The notes: generated by a model from the letters alone, not told the origin. DNA of 64,000 nt from Capnocytophaga leadbetteri (GCF_938018165.1 NZ_CALIIH010000010.1), one strand, 5' to 3'. Shown: positions 1 through 8,401, counted from the first letter of the stretch. Translations and numbers: made by a program.

Positions 1-213
1 GGCATTGTAATAATAGGCATTGCCCAAACTTTGGAGCATTTCCTGATTTACGAAGCCTTTCTGGGCTATCCTTTCATAAATTTTAATCGCATCAACGTAC
101 GAAAAGTTCTTATACATTTCATTTGCTTTTTCCAACTCTTTTTCTGGTTGTGCAAAAAGTAATGAAGTAGAACTTAATAAAGCTACACTAAAAGTTAATA
201 ATCTCATTTTTAA
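1..213 (-). CDS. Partial CDS (N-terminus only; the gene continues beyond the left window edge). Translates to a signal peptide followed by a TPR-like segment (MRLLTFSVALLSSTSLLFAQPEKELEKANEMYKNFSYVDAIKIYERIAQKGF...). It resembles the OmpA-family/TPR proteins that sit next to PorP/SprF genes.
   Basis: I translated the reverse complement of 1-213 by hand. It has a start ATG and the signal-peptide + 'YxxAIxxYERIAxKGY' motif I recall from flavobacterial OmpA/TPR proteins. It is not in the ORF track because it is truncated. Confidence 0.4.
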
Positions 214-274
214 CAATTAACAATTACAAATTAATAATTTATTGGTAAAGTGGTTAATGGTTAAAAATATTATT

Positions 275-1189
275 TTAGAAGAATCGAGGGGATACGATTT
301 TCTTATAGGTTTTAACAAGTTCATAACGCAAGAATATTTCGTGAGAACCTGAGTTGTATTTTGATAATTCAGTTGTTTCGTAGTCATAACCATAGCCTAT
401 AAACCAACGGTCATTAGCTTGGAAGCCCGCCATTATACTAACTGCGGCATCCCAACGATAAGCTGCCCCTATGACAAACTTTTCATTGAACATAAAGTTA
501 AGCGAGCCATCTACTTGCAATGGTGCTCCAAAAGAAGCTTTAGTAAGTACTGCTGGCTTAAACTTCACATTATCTGATAGGTTAAACACATAACCCCCGA
601 TAAAATAGAAGTGTTGTGAATTTTTAAGCACTGATACTGCCTTATCTTTGTAATGAGTAGTTTCTAACATATTAGGCACTGAGAAACCAAGGTAAAACTT
701 ATTAGTATACCAATATACTCCCGCTCCTATATTAGGAGAAAATACACTTTCGGTACCCGCTAAGGTAACATCGGTATTATCTTGTTTGCGCAACTCATCA
801 TAGTCTATTTGAAACAAACTACCAGAGCCTACGAGTCCGAAAGCTAATTTAGAATTTTCAAAATTCAATGTATACGATACATCAACTGCTAATTCTGTTT
901 GTTTTTGAGGGCCGATGCTCTCGCGGAAAATGCTTCCTCCTAAGCCTACATTGCGTAGGTTTTCCATCGGTTGGTGATAGCTAATACTACCATTAGTAGG
1001 TGCGCCTTTGATGCCTACCCATTGGGTACGGAACATACCAAAGAAACTTCCTACCTCGCGCGAACCAGTATAACCAGGGTTGAACAGCATAGTGTTATAC
1101 ATATACTGTGTGTACTGCGACTCTTGTTGTGCTAAAACTACTGAACAAAACAAGGTTGTAAGTAGTGAAAATAAGGTTTTTCTAGTCAT
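275..1189 (-). CDS. PorP/SprF-family type IX secretion system membrane protein
   Basis: 304 aa with an N-terminal signal peptide (LAQQ). It is beta-barrel-like, rich in G/Y/F, and has a C-terminal 'FLRYEL' aromatic terminus typical of the PorP/SprF family. A -7 box 'TAACTTTG' (reverse complement of 1267-1274) lies upstream. Confidence 0.65.
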   Translation of the reverse strand: MTRKTLFSLLTTLFCSVVLAQQESQYTQYMYNTMLFNPGYTGSREVGSFFGMFRTQWVGIKGAPTNGSISYHQPMENLRNVGLGGSIFRESIGPQKQTELAVDVSYTLNFENSKLAFGLVGSGSLFQIDYDELRKQDNTDVTLAGTESVFSPNIGAGVYWYTNKFYLGFSVPNMLETTHYKDKAVSVLKNSQHFYFIGGYVFNLSDNVKFKPAVLTKASFGAPLQVDGSLNFMFNEKFVIGAAYRWDAAVSIMAGFQANDRWFIGYGYDYETTELSKYNSGSHEIFLRYELVKTYKKIVSPRFF

Positions 1190-1472
1190 AATGAAACTGT
1201 AATTTGTATTCTTTACAATTGATTCTTAGTTAGTTACTATAATTATACATACTATTAAAAACGGCGCAAAGTTACACCTTCTTTTTTAATAATCAAATTT
1301 TTTTTACATTAATTAACGGTGAATGAGTAAAAAAAGTATATTTTTCTATTTTTTTAACTTTTATTGGATACTTATTTTTCGCTAATTATTCGTCACATAC
1401 TCGGCTGCGCCAGCTTGCCGACTTTCCTTCGCTCTTCCTATATCGTTCCTATATCCAACGTATAGGGTAAGT

Positions 1473-2405
1473 CTATACAGAAAATTTTTCTACTAATACC
1501 AAACTGAAATCTTTATTGTTATAAGAATTAATAAGTAGTATGCGGCGGGCTTTGTCTTCCTTTAGGTAGTGGCAGGCATACCACAAACCAAAAGCTGAGG
1601 CTGTAAAATATTCGCCACAAAGATTTTTATAGGACAATATAGGGCATTGCCAAGGTAGCGGAGTGGGGTCGCCAGTGAAAATAATATCTATATCGCTTAT
1701 GCTGAGAGCGTGATGCTGTAGAAAGTCAGTTATCCAAGAGGGGAGTTCGTCAGGTGTAACCTCATTGCGAAGACTAATATCTACGAGCTCGGCATAAGTA
1801 TGTTCCGCAGGAATAGCGGAAAGAACAAAGAAAGCTGCCCCCTCGCCCATCAGGTTGCTTTTTACCAACTGTTGCGTCTGTAGAAAAAAAGGAGCGTGTT
1901 CGTCTACCCCTCCTACTAAAGCATTGGCTATCAGCTGTTGTTCTAACTGCATTGTAGCATCTAACAGAGCAGACTCGAATGAGATAGCTCCGTTAACATA
2001 AGTCGTATTATAGCTGTGGCACTGCCAATGTAGGGCGAGTTGTCCGGCTACGGTGTTGTGAGTGGATTGTATGAAAGCTGTGGGGGTAAGATGTTGCTCG
2101 TGGTTATCGATCATCGCTTTGAGGAACTTTTCGGAGTCTTGAACACAGCCCATACCCGTACCTACTATTATAGCTTCAGGTGTAGTAATATTGGCTTCGC
2201 GGAGGGCTTCAGTAGCGGTAGCAATGCTCATTTTCACCCCTTTAGCCATTCGTCTGCTAGCATTGGGGGCTATATAATCCTTATAAGAAGGTTCTTGCGC
2301 ATAAAGCACCTCATCGGGCTGGGCTGGCAAAAAATCCTCGAATGAAGGGGTAGGAAAAGTAGGCTGGGCACTTAGGCAGGAGGCTCCGTTGATATAGATT
2401 TTCAT
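1473..2405 (-). CDS. Beta-ketoacyl synthase N-terminal-like protein (chain-length-factor-like, apparently lacking the catalytic Cys/His-His)
   Basis: It has a KS-like N-terminal region (IIVGTGMGCVQDSEKF...). At the position where the TACxS active-site Cys is expected the sequence reads 'TTYVNG'. The protein is only 310 aa, so the C-terminal His-His half is absent. Confidence 0.55.
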   Translation of the reverse strand: MKIYINGASCLSAQPTFPTPSFEDFLPAQPDEVLYAQEPSYKDYIAPNASRRMAKGVKMSIATATEALREANITTPEAIIVGTGMGCVQDSEKFLKAMIDNHEQHLTPTAFIQSTHNTVAGQLALHWQCHSYNTTYVNGAISFESALLDATMQLEQQLIANALVGGVDEHAPFFLQTQQLVKSNLMGEGAAFFVLSAIPAEHTYAELVDISLRNEVTPDELPSWITDFLQHHALSISDIDIIFTGDPTPLPWQCPILSYKNLCGEYFTASAFGLWYACHYLKEDKARRILLINSYNNKDFSLVLVEKFSV

Positions 2406-2481
2406 AGGTTTCTTGTCTTTTGTATGTGGGCAAAGATAATAAAAAAATTGTTCTTAGCGTTTTTTTGCTTATTTTTGCGGC

Positions 2482-2573
2482 CTGTGAGAGAAATGAGAAG
2501 GCTGAGAAGAATGGGAAGACTGGGAGGATTGAGAGGATTGTGAAGGCTGGGAAGAATGAGAAGGCTGGGAGGA
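2482..2573. repeat. Tandem array of about nine 9-bp purine-rich units (tgagaaggc / tgagaagaa / tgggaagac / tgggaggat / tgagaggat / tgtgaaggc / tgggaagaa / tgagaaggc / tgggaggag). Consensus TGRGARGRN.
   Basis: Read directly in the divergent intergenic region between the KS-like gene (-) and the ABC-F gene (+). The purine-rich strand matches the ABC-F coding strand. Confidence 0.8.
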
Positions 2574-2612
2574 GTTTGTTGTTTCAACATAATTTAAGAT
2601 AAAAATAATATA

Positions 2613-4475
2613 ATGAATTTATTATCAGTAGAAAATATATCTAAGGCTTTTGGGGAACGAGTTATACTCGAAAATATTTCTTTTGGTATCAATAAAGACC
2701 AAAAAATTGCCTTTATTGCTAAAAATGGCACTGGAAAGACGACTCTTCTGAATATTATGGCAGGGAAAGACTTGCCCGATAGCGGTCAGGTGGTGTTTAG
2801 GAAAGGAATACATATCGGATTTTTGTCGCAAAATCCGTATTTTGATGAAGAACTAACCGTAGAAGAGACTATTTTTGCTGCTGATAATCCTATTTTGCGT
2901 CTTATTCAAGCATATGAGCACGCTCTGGAGCACCCTGAGAACGAGGTAGCATACCAAAAGGCTTTTGAACAAATGGAGCTACACAACGCTTGGGACTTTG
3001 AGACTCAATATAAACAAATTCTCTTTAGGCTGAAATTAGACAATCTTAGTCTGAAAGTGAAGAACCTATCAGGCGGACAGAAAAAACGCCTCGCTTTGGC
3101 TAATGTGCTTATCAGCAAGCCTGACTTGCTTATTTTAGACGAGCCTACGAACCACTTAGACCTTGAGATGATAGAGTGGCTAGAACAGTATTTTGCCAAA
3201 GAAAATTTGACGCTCTTTATCGTTACTCACGACCGCTATTTCTTGGAGCGTGTGTGCAACGAAATATTAGAACTTGACGGAGGTGAGTTGTTCAGCTATA
3301 AGGGTAATTATTCTTATTTCTTGGAAAAGAAGGAACAGCGATTAGCACAAGAACAGGCTTCGGTAGAAAAGGCTAAGAACCTATACGTGAAAGAATTAGA
3401 CTGGATGCGCCGCCAACCTAAAGCACGAACAACCAAATCGAAATCGCGGATTGACGATTTTTACAAGATAAAAGAAGCAGCGCACAAGCGACGCAAGGAA
3501 CACACGGTGCAGCTGGAAATCAATATGGAGCGATTGGGTAGCAAAACGGTAGAATTTCACAACGTATGCAAGGCATTTGATAAGCTAACGATACTCGATA
3601 AATTCAGTTACAACTTCCTCAGAGGGGAACGGGTGGGTATCATAGGTAAAAACGGCACCGGTAAATCTACTTTTTTGAACTTACTAACTGGGGCTCTCCC
3701 CCCTGATAGTGGCAAGATAATAGTAGGTGACACTATCAAATTCGGCTATTATACGCAGGAAGGCATAGAGGTATTGCAAGGACAAAAAGTAATAGAGGTA
3801 ATACAAAAATACGGCGATTACATACCGCTACTGAAAGGGCGTACCCTATCGGCAGGACAACTATTGGAGCGTTTTCTCTTCGACCGCAAAAAGCAATACG
3901 ACTATGTGGAAAAACTCAGTGGTGGGGAGCTTAAACGCTTGTATCTCTGCACTGTACTTATACAAAATCCGAACTTTCTGATATTAGATGAGCCTACTAA
4001 TGACCTTGATATTGTAACGCTAAACGTGTTAGAAGATTTCTTATTAGACTACCCTGGGTGCTTGGTGGTAGTATCGCACGACCGCTATTTTATGGATAAG
4101 ATAGTAGACCACCTTTTCGTATTCAGAGGGCAAGGCGAAGTGGAGGATTTCCCTGGTAACTATACCGACTACCGCGTGTATGAAGAGAGCACTCCGCCAG
4201 CAGATGATGCTCCTAAAAAAGAGGCTACCAAAAATACTTGGCGCAAAGATGCTAATAAAGGTCTTTCATTCAACGAACAAAAGGAATACAACAGGTTAGA
4301 GAAGGAAATAGCGCAATTGGAAGAAAAAAAGACAGCTATAGAAGCTGCCTTTGCTGAGGGAAATCTTACTAATGATGAGATACAAAGTCAATCTGTTGCT
4401 CTACAAGAGACCCTTGTAGCCTTAGAGGAAAAGACTGAACGATGGTTTGAGCTAACAGAACGATTTGACAATTAG
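2613..4475 (+). CDS. ABC-F family ATPase (tandem ABC domains, Uup/EttA-like)
   Basis: There are two Walker A motifs (GKNGTGKTT, GKNGTGKST) and two LSGG signatures (LSGGQKKRL, LSGGELKRL). The C-terminal coiled coil and 620-aa length fit ABC-F proteins. Confidence 0.9.
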   Translation: MNLLSVENISKAFGERVILENISFGINKDQKIAFIAKNGTGKTTLLNIMAGKDLPDSGQVVFRKGIHIGFLSQNPYFDEELTVEETIFAADNPILRLIQAYEHALEHPENEVAYQKAFEQMELHNAWDFETQYKQILFRLKLDNLSLKVKNLSGGQKKRLALANVLISKPDLLILDEPTNHLDLEMIEWLEQYFAKENLTLFIVTHDRYFLERVCNEILELDGGELFSYKGNYSYFLEKKEQRLAQEQASVEKAKNLYVKELDWMRRQPKARTTKSKSRIDDFYKIKEAAHKRRKEHTVQLEINMERLGSKTVEFHNVCKAFDKLTILDKFSYNFLRGERVGIIGKNGTGKSTFLNLLTGALPPDSGKIIVGDTIKFGYYTQEGIEVLQGQKVIEVIQKYGDYIPLLKGRTLSAGQLLERFLFDRKKQYDYVEKLSGGELKRLYLCTVLIQNPNFLILDEPTNDLDIVTLNVLEDFLLDYPGCLVVVSHDRYFMDKIVDHLFVFRGQGEVEDFPGNYTDYRVYEESTPPADDAPKKEATKNTWRKDANKGLSFNEQKEYNRLEKEIAQLEEKKTAIEAAFAEGNLTNDEIQSQSVALQETLVALEEKTERWFELTERFDN

Positions 4476-4562
4476 GCGATTAGACAATTTGCCAATTAGA
4501 CGATTTGGCGATTTGATAATTGGCTCATTGACAAATTGACAAATCGACAAATCAACAAATTA
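4462..4562. repeat. Cluster of degenerate 9-bp mini-repeats of the 'TTGACAAAT / TTAGACGAT / TTGGCGATT' type in both orientations, lying between convergent genes
   Basis: gacaatttg ccaattaga cgatttggc gatttgata attggctca ttgacaaat tgacaaatc gacaaatca acaaattag. Units on opposite strands can pair, giving an imperfect hairpin. Confidence 0.7.
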
Positions 4563-5678
4563 GATGGATTTTCGGTAGGAGCGCCACCAACGTTCGGGGA
4601 TAGTACCTCGGATGGCCTCTTCGTAGTCTTGAGGTAAGCAAGGGATAAGTCCTGATGGGACGTGGTTTTGAGGCCCTGAGTACTTATCGCTACCAGGTTT
4701 CATCCACCAACGTTCAGTCTGTGTGCTTTTGAAGAACTCTATCTGTACATCCTCAATAGGCACAATATATTTAGTATAATTTTCGTCATTAATCACCGGT
4801 AACTCTTTGATACGGAAGTTGAAGCCCTCATAAAAATACCAAACCATTTCGGCCATCAGCTGGTTAGCCAAATCGGTATTAGGCACATTGAAAATGCCTG
4901 TTACTTGCACATTGCTACTGATACCGGCATAGCGCGTAATGGCACAGATTTCGCGGTTAGAAAAACCATTTACATTGCCCGGTGCATTCATATCTTTAGC
5001 TTGTACGCTGGTCATATCGATACTTACGATATCAGCATCGCGCATAGCAGGCTCTATACACTTCAGATCATTGACAACATTGCCCAAACGATAGGCTTCG
5101 AAGCACATCTTCTCAAGCAAATCGAGTTCTTCTTGGGCTACATAATAAGATTGATACCCTAAATTAGTAAAGTCGAGAAGATTGACAGGCGGCTCAGAAA
5201 TCAGTCGGCTCATATAAGAACTTTCGATAAAAAGCTCTTCCTCATTTCCAAAATCGAACTTAGCATCGACACTTACAAGATTTACCATTTGCTCGAGGCT
5301 ATCAAAAGCACGATAAAGCGAATAGGTAAACTGCTGCTCCCCCCCTATTACTAAAGGAAGGACACCTTTTTTGACCAATTCGGCTACAATTTCGCGAATA
5401 GCAAAATGCGTATCTTCGTCTGTTTCGCCCGCAGGAAGATTGCCTAAATCGGCAATGCTGAAGTACCAATTGCCTACGAAAAGAGAGTAAAGATGTCGGC
5501 GAAAATTACTAAAAGATTGACGGTTTTTCTCGACACAGAAGAAAGCGATTTTGACATCGCTAAGGTCGGGTAACCCTATGGAGTACAGGTGTTTTTGTAT
5601 CTGAAAGCCCACTTGCTGGGGCTTGTAATCATCTAAGGTAAAAGATGCTTCGACAGGTTGTAAATATGATAATGACAT
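4560..5678 (-). CDS. Arginase / formiminoglutamase (ureohydrolase) family protein
   Basis: 372 aa. The 'VIGGEQQ..' block sits where the GGDHS-like motif would be, and there are multiple Asp-rich metal-binding-like segments (SVDAKFDF, SIDMTS). A -7 box 'TATCTTTG' (reverse complement of 5704-5711) lies upstream. Family assignment is by recall and is moderate. Confidence 0.5.
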   Translation of the reverse strand: MSLSYLQPVEASFTLDDYKPQQVGFQIQKHLYSIGLPDLSDVKIAFFCVEKNRQSFSNFRRHLYSLFVGNWYFSIADLGNLPAGETDEDTHFAIREIVAELVKKGVLPLVIGGEQQFTYSLYRAFDSLEQMVNLVSVDAKFDFGNEEELFIESSYMSRLISEPPVNLLDFTNLGYQSYYVAQEELDLLEKMCFEAYRLGNVVNDLKCIEPAMRDADIVSIDMTSVQAKDMNAPGNVNGFSNREICAITRYAGISSNVQVTGIFNVPNTDLANQLMAEMVWYFYEGFNFRIKELPVINDENYTKYIVPIEDVQIEFFKSTQTERWWMKPGSDKYSGPQNHVPSGLIPCLPQDYEEAIRGTIPERWWRSYRKSI

Positions 5679-5755
5679 TGGTTATATATTAGGTAATAAT
5701 GCGCAAAGATAGTAAATTATTATCAATTATTAATTGTTAATTGCTAATAGTTTTG

Positions 5756-5763
5756 TACCTTTG
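5756..5763 (+). promoter_or_regulatory. Bacteroidota sigma-A -7 box (TACCTTTG), with TTG elements about 20 nt upstream
   Basis: 'ttgtacctttgc' matches the TAnnTTTG consensus. It lies 24 nt upstream of ATG 5787. The ORF-track ATG 5766 would sit inside the promoter. Confidence 0.5.
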
Positions 5764-5786
5764 CAGTGAAAAACAAGAGAGAAACT

Positions 5787-6044
5787 ATGTCATACACTAT
5801 CACCATAAACCCAGACTGTAGTCCGTTAGCTTTTTCAGAGTTAAAGGAAACACTTGATTATAAGGAAATAGGCAAAGCTAAAGAACCTAAAAAGGTAGCT
5901 TTGTCGGCTGACATTTGGGACGAAGAAGATTGGGGAATCCCCCCCGATGATATGGAGTTCTTAATGGGAATATCAAGAAAAATTAATAAAAATATAGCAA
6001 AACGCGTAGCTGAAGATTTTAACCTACCTTATAAAACTGAATAA
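5787..6044 (+). CDS. Small hypothetical protein and putative antitoxin partner of the downstream PIN protein. The start is corrected to ATG 5787 (MSYTIT...).
   Basis: 85 aa. Its stop lies 3 nt before the PIN gene start and both genes are on the same strand. It has no recognisable RHH/AbrB/Phd motif. Confidence 0.4.
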   Translation: MSYTITINPDCSPLAFSELKETLDYKEIGKAKEPKKVALSADIWDEEDWGIPPDDMEFLMGISRKINKNIAKRVAEDFNLPYKTE

Positions 6045-6046
6045 TT

Positions 6047-6514
6047 ATGATTATTATAGCCGACAGCAATATTTTTATGAATGCTCTTATTACCCCTGAC
6101 AGCTTAGTAGCTACCATCTTATCTGAAAGAAAGAGAATACAATACATAGTACCTGATTACCTCATAAAAGAAGTAACAGAGCATATACCAGATATTATAG
6201 GACGCACCAAAGAGCCTAAGACCCAACGACAGCTGTTAGCCGATTTTAAGAAACTATTGGAGGGGATTACTATTGTAAATATAAAAGAAGATGTAAAAAA
6301 AGCTAATATACAAAAAGCTGAGGATATAACCAGAGATGTTGATCCTTATGACTATCCTTTTATAGCCTTACACCTTGAGAAAGGGCATAAAATATGGACA
6401 TTGGATAAAGCGTTAAAAAAAGGACTTACAGAAAAAGGATGTGGACACTTCTTTGTTAGACAGGTAGAACTGATTTCAAGACTTTATAAAAAAGAGAATA
6501 AACCACAAAAATGA
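6047..6514 (+). CDS. PIN-domain protein (VapC-like putative ribonuclease toxin)
   Basis: The N-terminal 'MIIIADSNIF' supplies the conserved Asp at position 6. The remaining acidic positions are E (IKEVTEH), D (DVDPYD) and D (WTLDKAL), with spacing as in PIN domains. Its stop overlaps the downstream gene start (ATGA). Confidence 0.6.
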   Translation: MIIIADSNIFMNALITPDSLVATILSERKRIQYIVPDYLIKEVTEHIPDIIGRTKEPKTQRQLLADFKKLLEGITIVNIKEDVKKANIQKAEDITRDVDPYDYPFIALHLEKGHKIWTLDKALKKGLTEKGCGHFFVRQVELISRLYKKENKPQK

Positions 6515-7449
6515 AAATACTTCACATAGACAAAAATCACCCTTTGATGCTGGCACAGCTTGCGGCTCAAGGGTTTGAAAACCACGAGGACTATACCAGC
6601 ACTAAGGCTGAAATAGAAGCTAAAATAGCTGATTATGATGGAATTATTATCCGCAGCAGGTTCCCTATTGACAAGCTATTTTTAGACAAGGCTACTCGCC
6701 TAAAATTTATAGGAAGAGTGGGGGCCGGTCTTGAGAATATAGATGTGGCTTATGCTGAAAGCAAGGGTATCTGCCTCATAGCTGCCCCTGAAGGCAACCG
6801 CAATGCAGTAGGTGAGCACGCTTTAGGAATGCTGTTATCGCTACTAAACAAGTTTAAAAAAGCGAATAACGAAATCAAGAACGGCAAATGGTTACGCGAG
6901 GAAAATCGCGGTTGGGAGTTAGACGGCAAAACTGTAGGCATTATAGGCTACGGTAATATGGGCAAGAGCTTTGCTAAAAAGCTACGTGGCTTTGACTGCC
7001 AAGTAATCTGCTATGATATACTGCCTAACAAAGGTGATGAAAACGCTCGGCAAGTAACCTTAGTAGATTTTTTCCGTCAGGCAGATGTGGTAAGTCTGCA
7101 CACTCCACAAACACCCCAAACGACAGGAATGATTAATGAAGCGTTTATCAACAGTTTTGCCAAAAGTTTTTGGTTTTTGAACACAGCGCGCGGCAAGAGT
7201 GTCGTTACCGATGATTTGGTGCGCGCCCTACAAAGCGGCAAAGTATTAGGGGCTGGATTAGATGTGCTCGAGTACGAGAAAGCCTCATTTGAAGATTTTT
7301 TTAGCGATAAGCAGATGCCCGAAGCGTTTAAATATCTTTTGGAGGCTGACAATGTAATCCTAACCCCCCATATAGCTGGTTGGACACTTGAAAGCAAGGA
7401 GAAACTGGCTCAGACGATTGTGGATAAGATAATTAATTTTAGTCGTTAG
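6511..7449 (+). CDS. D-isomer-specific 2-hydroxyacid dehydrogenase family protein (NAD-binding)
   Basis: It has a GxGxxG Rossmann motif (GIIGYGNMG) and a catalytic-domain layout like the PGDH/GyaR family. The C-terminal 'LTPHIAGWT' supplies the His. Confidence 0.8.
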   Translation: MKILHIDKNHPLMLAQLAAQGFENHEDYTSTKAEIEAKIADYDGIIIRSRFPIDKLFLDKATRLKFIGRVGAGLENIDVAYAESKGICLIAAPEGNRNAVGEHALGMLLSLLNKFKKANNEIKNGKWLREENRGWELDGKTVGIIGYGNMGKSFAKKLRGFDCQVICYDILPNKGDENARQVTLVDFFRQADVVSLHTPQTPQTTGMINEAFINSFAKSFWFLNTARGKSVVTDDLVRALQSGKVLGAGLDVLEYEKASFEDFFSDKQMPEAFKYLLEADNVILTPHIAGWTLESKEKLAQTIVDKIINFSR

Positions 7450-7490
7450 AAAGCGACTCTATATAGGAAAATTGAGATTTGATATATCAT

Positions 7491-8309
7491 ATGAAAAAGA
7501 ATTATTTATTGATTGGGGTAGCGGCTCTGTTATTAGGGGGCTGTTGTGCTACCAAAACCTCTACCGCAGCGCAGGCCCCCAAGGGCGAAAGCGCGCTCAT
7601 CGCTAACGGTAAGCTATGGTCTTCTTACTTTCAGCAAAACGCTGCTGAATACGAGGCTCTTTGTCTGCAAGCCTTTAATGTAGCTCAGCTGCGTTTAGAC
7701 GAAGCTCTTGCTAAAAAAGGTGATAAACCGCTGGCTATCGTTACTGATATTGACGAGACTTTCTTAGACAACTCGCCTTTTGAAGCCTATTGTGCTAAAA
7801 AGGGTATTAGCTACTCGCAAGAGGCGTGGGAAGAATGGACGGTATTAGGTGATGCTAAACCGCTGGCAGGGGCGTTGGATTTCTTTAAATACGCTGACAG
7901 CAAAGGGGTTGCTATCTTCTACGTAACCAATCGTTTGGAGAAAGAGCGCGAAGGTACTGCCAAGAACCTACGCAAGTATAACTTTCCTTTCCCTTCTGAT
8001 AGTAGACTGATACTCCGCACCGCTGAGAAAAGCAAAGAGAACCGTCGCCTACAGATAGCTAAGGATTACGACATCGTGCTACTAATGGGGGATAACCTTT
8101 CTGACTTTGCTAAAGACTTTGACAGTCGCACCCCTGAAGGTCGCTCAGAAGCCGTACATAACAACCGCAATGAGTTTGGTAAGCGCTTTATTATCCTACC
8201 TAACTACTCTTACGGCGACTGGGAAGGCGCTGCCTATGGCAATAAATACTCTATCCCTGCTGAACAAAAAGAATTGATTATTAAGAATAAGACAAAAGCG
8301 TTTAAATAA
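7491..8309 (+). CDS. Lipoprotein e(P4)/OlpA-type class C acid phosphatase (5'-nucleotidase), HAD superfamily
   Basis: It has the DIDET(FLDN) HAD motif I, YVTNR, and a GDNLSDF motif. The lipoprotein signal is LLGGCC. I prefer ATG 7491 over the upstream TTG 7479. Confidence 0.75.
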   Translation: MKKNYLLIGVAALLLGGCCATKTSTAAQAPKGESALIANGKLWSSYFQQNAAEYEALCLQAFNVAQLRLDEALAKKGDKPLAIVTDIDETFLDNSPFEAYCAKKGISYSQEAWEEWTVLGDAKPLAGALDFFKYADSKGVAIFYVTNRLEKEREGTAKNLRKYNFPFPSDSRLILRTAEKSKENRRLQIAKDYDIVLLMGDNLSDFAKDFDSRTPEGRSEAVHNNRNEFGKRFIILPNYSYGDWEGAAYGNKYSIPAEQKELIIKNKTKAFK

Positions 8310-8350
8310 TTAGCAAATTGGTAAATTAGCAAATTAGCAAATGACAAATC
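8309..8350. repeat. Mini-repeat cluster 'ttagcaaattggtaaattagcaaattagcaaatgacaaatc'
   Basis: It belongs to the same TTGACAAAT/TTAGCAAAT family as 4462-4562. It lies directly 3' of the e(P4) gene. Confidence 0.7.
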
Positions 8351-8378
8351 TTGCGAGAGTGAGGTTTGTCATTTTTTT
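8341..8378 (+). terminator. Rho-independent terminator-like hairpin (stem atgacaaa / tttgtcat, 16-nt loop) followed by TTTTTTT
   Basis: atgacaaatcttgcgagagtgaggtttgtcattttttt, read directly. The stem is AT-rich, so this is a weaker terminator. Confidence 0.45.
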
Positions 8379-8386
8379 ACTTGGTA

Positions 8387-8401
8387 GGTCATAGTTTGTC
8401 C
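8387..8401. repeat. 15-bp exact direct repeat GGTCATAGTTTGTCC (left copy)
   Basis: It is identical to 13087-13101. The two copies bracket the phosphoesterase pseudogene and the two DUF262 genes. Confidence 0.8.

Noticed and set aside
2482-2573. Possible CRISPR array
   Set aside because: The units are 9 bp and contiguous with no unique spacers. There is no leader, no repeat length of 28-48 bp and no cas genes. The same applies to 63722-63990.
2402-2602. ORFs 2402-2590(-) and 2420-2602(+) (EKAEKNGKTGRIERIVKAGK…)
   Set aside because: Both are products of the 9-bp repeat array in a divergent promoter region. The composition is low-complexity and both strands are open.
5766-5786. ORF-track start ATG 5766 for the putative antitoxin
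   Set aside because: It would place the start codon inside or at the -7 promoter box (5756-5763). ATG 5787 downstream of the predicted TSS is more plausible.
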